Source: Candidatus Heimdallarchaeota archaeon
GTDB taxonomy: Archaea; Asgardarchaeota; Heimdallarchaeia; Heimdallarchaeales; Kariarchaeaceae
Direction: 5' to 3'
Length of the DNA: 12,273 nucleotides
Assembly: GCA_015523565.1 (NCBI GenBank)
Contig: WAKA01000164.1
Coordinates: 1 to 12,273 of the forward strand
Shown here: positions 6,438 through 12,273 of the stretch, in pieces
Numbering within the stretch: the stretch's first letter is position 1
Layout: each line of letters starts with the position of its first letter
Translations under genes and position numbers: made by a program
The notes under the pieces: model-generated
Database searches by the model: none
Seen by the model: the letters and a program-made list of their open reading frames with translations, nothing else
What the model was told of the DNA's origin: nothing

Positions 6438-7031
6438 TTAGTTGGATGAAGAATCAGTTGCAGATTCTGTTTCTGTAGCCTTCTTGTCATATTCACCCAT
6501 TAGAACTTTTCTGAGCCTCTCTCTTTCAAGTTTGTCTTTTTCTCTCTTTTCTTTGTTGAGTACGGTGATTGTATCAAAATAATCTCTTGTTTCTTCAACA
6601 CGGCGTTTTTTCATTTCCCTGATTTGTCTACGGTATTCCTTGTCAAAGAGCTCCCTTTTGATGATTTGCCAGATAGGCATTTTTTCCCTTTCTTCTAGAT
6701 CCCTGATGATTCTTCGGATGTAGAAATATTGAATCAGAATTGTAAAGACAAAGAAAAGTATCACCAATCCAGTAGTAAACTCTTCTGCATAATCGGTGGT
6801 GCCTATGAATAGACCAAAGGCCAATAACGGTACACTTAGGAAGATAGCAACAATCAAGGGTATTGCCATGAACAGATATCCCAATTGTATCAGCATTTGC
6901 GTGAGAAATGGACTCCCATTATAGAAGAACACCATCCAAATCAAAATAACGATAAAAGGCAAGACAATGACAGGTAGGTAGTAATAAAGTTTTTGACCTA
7001 CAAGTTCAAGAATTGTATCCAATAGTGTCAT
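6438..7031 (-). CDS. Hypothetical membrane protein (about three TM segments plus charged C-terminal coiled coil)
   Basis: 197-aa ORF with SD GGTGAT at 7043-7038, a hydrophobic N-terminal half and an E/K/R-rich C-terminal half. Confidence 0.88.
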   Translation of the reverse strand: MTLLDTILELVGQKLYYYLPVIVLPFIVILIWMVFFYNGSPFLTQMLIQLGYLFMAIPLIVAIFLSVPLLAFGLFIGTTDYAEEFTTGLVILFFVFTILIQYFYIRRIIRDLEEREKMPIWQIIKRELFDKEYRRQIREMKKRRVEETRDYFDTITVLNKEKREKDKLERERLRKVLMGEYDKKATETESATDSSSN

Positions 7032-7095
7032 TATTCAATCACCAAATGTATTTCTATTCAGCCATTTATTTATGTATGTAAAAGAACAATTGTTT

Positions 7096-8370
7096 TTAGG
7101 TACCTTCATCATATGCAGTCAAATATTCTTTTTGTGCATCTGTCAATTCATCTATTTCAAATCCCATCAATTTCAGTTTGAGACGTGCAATTCTTTCATC
7201 CAATTCCTTTGGCAGGTCATACACATGATTTCCATCCTTGCCTACAGTTCCGTTTGCCAATGAAATCAAACTCAATAACTGACCTGAAAACGACATGTCC
7301 ATAACTTCTGAGGGATGACCCTCTGCCGCAGCCAGATTGACAAGTCTTCCACGGGCAAGAAGATAGATACGATGACCTTCAGGCATTATGATTTCCTCAT
7401 TGTTTGGTCGAATTGTCCTTACACTTTTTGCATAGTTGAGAAGAGCTTCAACTTGGATTTCCACGTCATAATGACCTGTGTTGCAGACAATTGCACCATC
7501 TTTCATTGTCTTCAGGTGACCCAATGTGATTACATCTTTCATCCCTGTAGCAGTGATAAATACATCTCCGATTTTTGCTGCATCATCCATTTTCATGACA
7601 CGGAATCCTTCAAGTGTAGCCTTAAGTGCGTTGATTGGATCTACTTCTGTCACTAAGACATTGGCACCCAAACCTTTTGCACGATTGGCAACTCCACGAC
7701 CGCAATGACCATAGCCTGCTACAACAACAGTCTTTCCAGCAAAAAGGATGGAAGTTGCACGCATAATGCCGTCAAGAGTGGATTGCCCTGTTCCATATAC
7801 ATTATCAAATTCCCATTTTGTAGGGGTATCATTAACTGCGATGATTGGATAAAGTAATTTTCCATCCTTGTCCATTGCCCTCAGGCGGTGAACACCAGTA
7901 GTTGTTTCCTCAGTTCCTCCAATTATGTTTTCAGCCAATTCCGGCATTTTGGAATGGACACGGAAAATCAAGTCTGCACCGTCATCGAGCGTCAATGTTG
8001 GCTTGAATTCAAGAGTCTTATCAATTGCCCAATAATATTCATCCTTTGACATGCCATGCCAAGCCCAAATTTTGATTCCATTTGCCGCCAATGCCGCAGC
8101 CACTTCGTCGTTTGTTGAGAGGGGATTGCAACCACACCAAGCAACATCAGCCCCTGCCGCAACTAAAGTTTCTACCAAAACAGCTGTTTCCTTGGTGACA
8201 TGCAAGCATCCCGCAATTCTTTGCCCTTCAAGTGGCTTTGTTTCACGGAATTCCTCTCTCAATTTCATTAAAACAGGCATTCGGGATTCTGCCCAATCAA
8301 TTTTCTTTCTTCCTTCTTCTGCTAATGCTAAGTCTTTGACCTTGAAAGAATGATCTAAATTTTGACCCAT
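7096..8370 (-). CDS. ahcY: Adenosylhomocysteinase (SAH hydrolase), short archaeal type
   Basis: GCLHVTKET, CNPLST, LDDGADL, EETTTGVHRL, FDNVYGTGQS, GYGHCGRG and GRLVNLAAAEGHPSEVMDMSF motifs; 424 aa. Confidence 0.98.
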   Translation of the reverse strand: MGQNLDHSFKVKDLALAEEGRKKIDWAESRMPVLMKLREEFRETKPLEGQRIAGCLHVTKETAVLVETLVAAGADVAWCGCNPLSTNDEVAAALAANGIKIWAWHGMSKDEYYWAIDKTLEFKPTLTLDDGADLIFRVHSKMPELAENIIGGTEETTTGVHRLRAMDKDGKLLYPIIAVNDTPTKWEFDNVYGTGQSTLDGIMRATSILFAGKTVVVAGYGHCGRGVANRAKGLGANVLVTEVDPINALKATLEGFRVMKMDDAAKIGDVFITATGMKDVITLGHLKTMKDGAIVCNTGHYDVEIQVEALLNYAKSVRTIRPNNEEIIMPEGHRIYLLARGRLVNLAAAEGHPSEVMDMSFSGQLLSLISLANGTVGKDGNHVYDLPKELDERIARLKLKLMGFEIDELTDAQKEYLTAYDEGT

Positions 8371-8414
8371 AACAGTTAATGAAAACAGATAAACAAAAGA
8401 ATTGTGAATGAGGA

Positions 8415-9149
8415 CTAATCCGTAAATCCTAAAAATTTTTCGCCAAGTTGCGGGTCTTCGAGGATTGTTTGTGCCTCACCATGATGGACAACTTTTCCGC
8501 TTGAGAAGACATAACCATAATCGGAATATTTAAGGGCAGATTTTGCGTTTTGTTCCACAAGCAAAATGCTTAAACCCTCTTCCCTAAGCTCATTGATCTT
8601 TTTGAGAATAGTTTCAACATAAGATGGACTTAATGCGGCAGTTGGTTCGTCAAGTAGGATCAGCGTCGGTGCAGTCATAAGCGCTCTTCCAAGTGCCAAC
8701 ATTTGTCGTTGACCTCCCGAAAGGGTTGATGCAAAATCATGTCTTCTCGGTTTGAGATCAGGGAAAATTGAGAAGACATAATCAATAGCCTCCTCAAGGT
8801 TAGAATCGGACAAATAAAAGCCCATTTCCAAATTTTCCTCTATCGTTAAGTCTGGAAATACATTATTCACCTGAGGGACATAAGAGATACCCCACTTGAC
8901 CAAAAGATCCGTTCTTTTCCTTGCGATATTTGTATTGAAGTATTTTACATCTCCAGAATAATGTGTGGCAAGTCCATAAATGATTTTCAAAAATGTGGAT
9001 TTCCCACATCCATTTGGACCAATGATTGTCACGATTTCTTTCTTTTTCATGGCTAGGGAAATATCATAAATAATCTGAACCTTGCCATAGCCTCCTTGCA
9101 ATTTGTTTACTTGTAGAATGGGCTCTTCTTCAAATTCACGTGCCTTCAT
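8415..9149 (-). CDS. livF: Branched-chain amino acid type ABC transporter ATPase, LivF-like
   Basis: GPNGCGKS, YVPQ, ENLEMG, LSGGQRQML, LLDEPTAAL, LLVEQN. ATG 9149 has SD GGAGGT (9162-9157) and avoids overlap with livG; 244 aa. Confidence 0.93.
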   Translation of the reverse strand: MKAREFEEEPILQVNKLQGGYGKVQIIYDISLAMKKKEIVTIIGPNGCGKSTFLKIIYGLATHYSGDVKYFNTNIARKRTDLLVKWGISYVPQVNNVFPDLTIEENLEMGFYLSDSNLEEAIDYVFSIFPDLKPRRHDFASTLSGGQRQMLALGRALMTAPTLILLDEPTAALSPSYVETILKKINELREEGLSILLVEQNAKSALKYSDYGYVFSSGKVVHHGEAQTILEDPQLGEKFLGFTD

Positions 9150-9153
9150 AATA

Positions 9154-9924
9154 TTAACCTCCCAAATAAGCTTCAATGACAGCCTTCTCTTTTAATATTT
9201 CATCAGGAGTACCTGAAGCCAAGATTTCACCTAGATTCATTACATAAATCTTGTCAACACCTTCCCTGAGGATAAATTCAAGATTGTGTTCGATAATGAC
9301 AATGGTCATGTCCTTTTCCTTTCTAAGCCGATCCAAATGGTGGAATATCTTTTCGGCAAGAGGGCCAGCTACCCCTGCAACTGGCTCGTCAAGCAAAAGA
9401 ATTTTAGGATCGCTCATTAAAACCCTACCAATATCAACCAATTTTGATTGACCACCAGATAATTCAGAAGCAAATGAATAAGCCATATGTGAAATTTCCA
9501 ACAGCTCTAATATTTCAAATGCTTTTTCAATAAGTTCATTTTCTTGTTTCCTCCAACTTAAGGAAGAAAAAAGATTTTTTAGTGATGTTCCTCTTTGATT
9601 TTTTGGTGGTAGAAGCAAATTTTCTATGACAGTCAGATTTCTCCAGAGGCGAGTATTCTGGAAAGTCCTTGACAATCCTAATTTGTTTATTTTATGAGAA
9701 GGAAGACCAGTTGCATCTTTTCCAAAGATTGTGACTGTACCTTCATCATATGGAAGCAAACCAGAAATAGTGTTGAAAGTAGTAGATTTTCCACAGCCAT
9801 TGGGACCTATCAATCCAGTAATTGAATTCTTAGGGACATCGATATCTACCCCCTTCAAGGCCTGAAGACCACCAAAGCTTTTTCTTAGATTTCTGACAGA
9901 TAAAACAATCTCATCACTTATCAT
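9154..9924 (-). CDS. livG: Branched-chain amino acid type ABC transporter ATPase, LivG-like
   Basis: KSFGGLQAL, GLIGPNGCGKST, GLSRTFQ, LSGGQ, LLLDEP, IEHN and C-terminal VIEAYLG. ATGA overlap with the upstream permease stop; SD AAGGAGGT at 9939-9932. Confidence 0.95.
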   Translation of the reverse strand: MISDEIVLSVRNLRKSFGGLQALKGVDIDVPKNSITGLIGPNGCGKSTTFNTISGLLPYDEGTVTIFGKDATGLPSHKINKLGLSRTFQNTRLWRNLTVIENLLLPPKNQRGTSLKNLFSSLSWRKQENELIEKAFEILELLEISHMAYSFASELSGGQSKLVDIGRVLMSDPKILLLDEPVAGVAGPLAEKIFHHLDRLRKEKDMTIVIIEHNLEFILREGVDKIYVMNLGEILASGTPDEILKEKAVIEAYLGG

Positions 9925-12273
9925 TTTTCAGACCTCCTTGGACGATAGGGCATTTCAGGAATAAGTCCATTATTAAAAAATATCGTGAAGATGACAATTG
10001 TAAAACCTATGGCCAATATTTGCAGAAAAGTTAGATCCAACACCACCTTAGACCTATCCTTTCCAAAGTATTGTTGCCAACTTGATTTTCCAAATATTGC
10101 CCCACCAATATCCACAATGACAAATCGGAAAATATCATCCATGAACTTCACAATATATCCTAGAATATTGTCTGGATTATTCCGATCTACATTGCTCAAA
10201 TTGCGGACAATTCTAGAGGTTAATGCCAAAAATGTAGACCCTACAATCATTCCTTTGTTGTTTCCTTTTCCTCCCAAAATAAAGGCACCCCAAACCAAGA
10301 ATGTAGAAGTGACAGGATTCATGAGATCGGGAAATATAGTCACTAATAACCATGCCCAGAGTGCCCCACCTGCGGCGGCAACACCTGCACCAATGGCGAG
10401 TGATGTAGCCTTATAGTGAAAGACATCATACCCATAAGTTTCAGTAACCTCCTCGCCTTCTCTGATAGTTTTCCAAACACGACCATATGGAGATTTGACA
10501 AGGTATTCAACAATTAAAAAGACAATGACAAGCACAAAAACACTGAAGGGGGCTAGGAAATAGAAATAATGCAATCCAGTTGTGTTTTCCCACCAATCTC
10601 TTCCAAAGCCCCGGATATTTGCTATTCCGGGAACTGAGTAGTTTTGGCTTTGTTGAGTTCTGGATTTAAGCCAAGGTTCAACATTAAGCATGATTCTGAC
10701 AACCTCGCCCAAAGAGATTGTTACTATGGCAAAATAATCAGTTCTAAGATTAAGGGTTGGATACGCCAATAGAAAACCAATTATCATTGCAAGTATAATA
10801 CCTATAAACATGGTAAGCAATGGATCCATGTGGTATTTGGAAATCAACAATCCAGATGTAATTGCACCTATACCTGCAAAGAACACAACGCCGAAGTTAA
10901 CCAATCCAGTGTATCCTGTGTGGATATTTAACGATAGTGCGAAAAGTGAAAAGACAGCAGAGTAGATTATGAATTCCAACATAAATGAATTTTTTGTAGA
11001 TTGGGAAACAGAAGGCTGAATCCATGCGATAATAAATAACACAAGCATCATGACAAAAAACATTGTTGTCTGATACCAATTTTTGTAAAGATTTTTTCTA
11101 TGGAAATCACGTAATTTATTCAACTTAAGTGCATAGAAAATCGATGAAAAGGCACCTTCAACATTCCTCCAAAAAATTCGCCAGAAGGAAGATAATGGGT
11201 CCGTGATCAATGAAAATATGCCCTTATTCTCTCCAATTTCAGGAGTTCTCTCTGCAATTGCCAATGGTTTTGTTATTGTTAGGGGAATATCTTCCTCCTC
11301 TTTGCTTAATAAGGCAAAAATTTTTGGAAGAATAACCTTCATTTTGTCTTCCAATTTAAATCCGATCCCTTCAGTAAAGAACAACAGAATAAATATCAGA
11401 AAAACAAATGGAACGACATCCCTGTAGGATGCCATTTGTTGTCTGAATGGCAATACAGAAAATGCACCAAGGAATGGATCGGAAATTGCTCTTGCAAACC
11501 CAATAATATATGCACTAACAAGTGCACCGATTAGAGAACCAACACTGCCAAGCACAATCACGGCAAATGCAGGCAATAAATAAACTGCACCAATATCAGG
11601 CTTGAATTTGAAATTGGAGGAAAGAATGGCTCCACCCATTCCTGCCAGACCACCAGCAATAAACCATGTAATGCGGTAAACATGTTCAATATTTATTCCA
11701 GAGCTTGCTGCAAGATCTGGGTTTGATGCAGTTGCACGGATAGCTTTCCCAATTTTGGTAAATTGAAGAAATAGGAACAAAACAATAATCATGGACAATA
11801 CAATTCCAATCATTAATAGATCTATAAGTTGAACGCTCGTAGTGGAAGATGAAAAATATGTAAATCCAGGACCCATTTTCCAATTTATAACAACAGTAGG
11901 GATAAGGATTGAACCCAATGAATAGTTTTCTTTTGGTGTGAAATATCTATATGCTCCCCCAAATCTTAAATAAATCAACGATCGAAGAATTAAAGCCAAG
12001 CCCAATGAACTGATCATCATTGTCTGGGGTGGAGAATTCCTGTCCCGAAGGGGTTTAAACACGAAAATATCAGAAATTACTGCAACAAGTCCAGAAACAA
12101 TGAATGCAGTAACAAGAGCTATTGGTAAAAGAACTGGATAAAGACTGTTGGCAGAATTTGGAGAAAAGATTGAAAGTGTTTGGAGAAAAATAGCAGTATA
12201 TCCACCAATAGTTAAAAATTCGGCATGTGCAAAGTTTGCGAATCTTAGAGTCCTATAGGTCATGGTTAGACCC
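9921..12273 (-). CDS. Fused LivH-LivM type ABC permease; 5' end lies outside the window
   Basis: LivH half: NFAHAE, TKIGKAIRA, LAASSGIN, VLGSVGS. LivM half: GYTGLVNFG, LRTDYFAIVTISLGE, SPYGRVWKTIRE, ILGGKGN. The frame stays open past ATG 12263 (G-L-T-M-T-Y matches the internal LivH motif), so that ATG is not the start. Confidence 0.93.
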   Translation of the reverse strand, partial: GLTMTYRTLRFANFAHAEFLTIGGYTAIFLQTLSIFSPNSANSLYPVLLPIALVTAFIVSGLVAVISDIFVFKPLRDRNSPPQTMMISSLGLALILRSLIYLRFGGAYRYFTPKENYSLGSILIPTVVINWKMGPGFTYFSSSTTSVQLIDLLMIGIVLSMIIVLFLFLQFTKIGKAIRATASNPDLAASSGINIEHVYRITWFIAGGLAGMGGAILSSNFKFKPDIGAVYLLPAFAVIVLGSVGSLIGALVSAYIIGFARAISDPFLGAFSVLPFRQQMASYRDVVPFVFLIFILLFFTEGIGFKLEDKMKVILPKIFALLSKEEEDIPLTITKPLAIAERTPEIGENKGIFSLITDPLSSFWRIFWRNVEGAFSSIFYALKLNKLRDFHRKNLYKNWYQTTMFFVMMLVLFIIAWIQPSVSQSTKNSFMLEFIIYSAVFSLFALSLNIHTGYTGLVNFGVVFFAGIGAITSGLLISKYHMDPLLTMFIGIILAMIIGFLLAYPTLNLRTDYFAIVTISLGEVVRIMLNVEPWLKSRTQQSQNYSVPGIANIRGFGRDWWENTTGLHYFYFLAPFSVFVLVIVFLIVEYLVKSPYGRVWKTIREGEEVTETYGYDVFHYKATSLAIGAGVAAAGGALWAWLLVTIFPDLMNPVTSTFLVWGAFILGGKGNNKGMIVGSTFLALTSRIVRNLSNVDRNNPDNILGYIVKFMDDIFRFVIVDIGGAIFGKSSWQQYFGKDRSKVVLDLTFLQILAIGFTIVIFTIFFNNGLIPEMPYRPRRSEK

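Noticed and set aside
829-11883. Numerous short antisense or alternate-frame ORFs in the track (e.g. 1400-1663, 2437-2904, 4701-5111, 7315-7656, 9985-10416)
   Set aside because: They are shadows of well-supported genes and lack motifs or start signals.
1-12273. CRISPR array, integrase/transposase or att duplication of the tRNA 3' end
   Set aside because: No regularly spaced repeats, mobile-element genes or second copy of the tRNA end were seen by eye.

Overview
AT-rich archaeal chromosomal window. Asgard/Heimdallarchaeia origin is an inference from the BHB-intron tRNA, archaeal promoters and SD sites, an archaeal/eukaryote-type Rqc2 and a RING gene. In order it holds: an intron-containing tRNA-Tyr(GUA) (-); a ~400-bp intergenic region with a candidate promoter-driven hairpin/C-rich small RNA; a GDT1/TMEM165 Mn2+/Ca2+ transporter (-); a divergent two-gene unit (54-aa Cys-rich microprotein plus a double-zinc-ribbon/RING protein); a convergent RclA/MerA-like flavin disulfide reductase (-); ribosome quality-control factor Rqc2/NEMF/RqcH (+); two uncharacterised membrane proteins (-); adenosylhomocysteinase (-); and a Liv-type ABC importer (livF, livG, fused livH-livM, truncated at the window edge) (-). 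The most interesting signal is a RING domain with Listerin/Ltn1-like ligand spacing and intact E2-binding residues, encoded ~1.5 kb from Rqc2, hinting at a prokaryotic ubiquitin-coupled RQC module. All family calls rest on motif recognition only; no searches were run.
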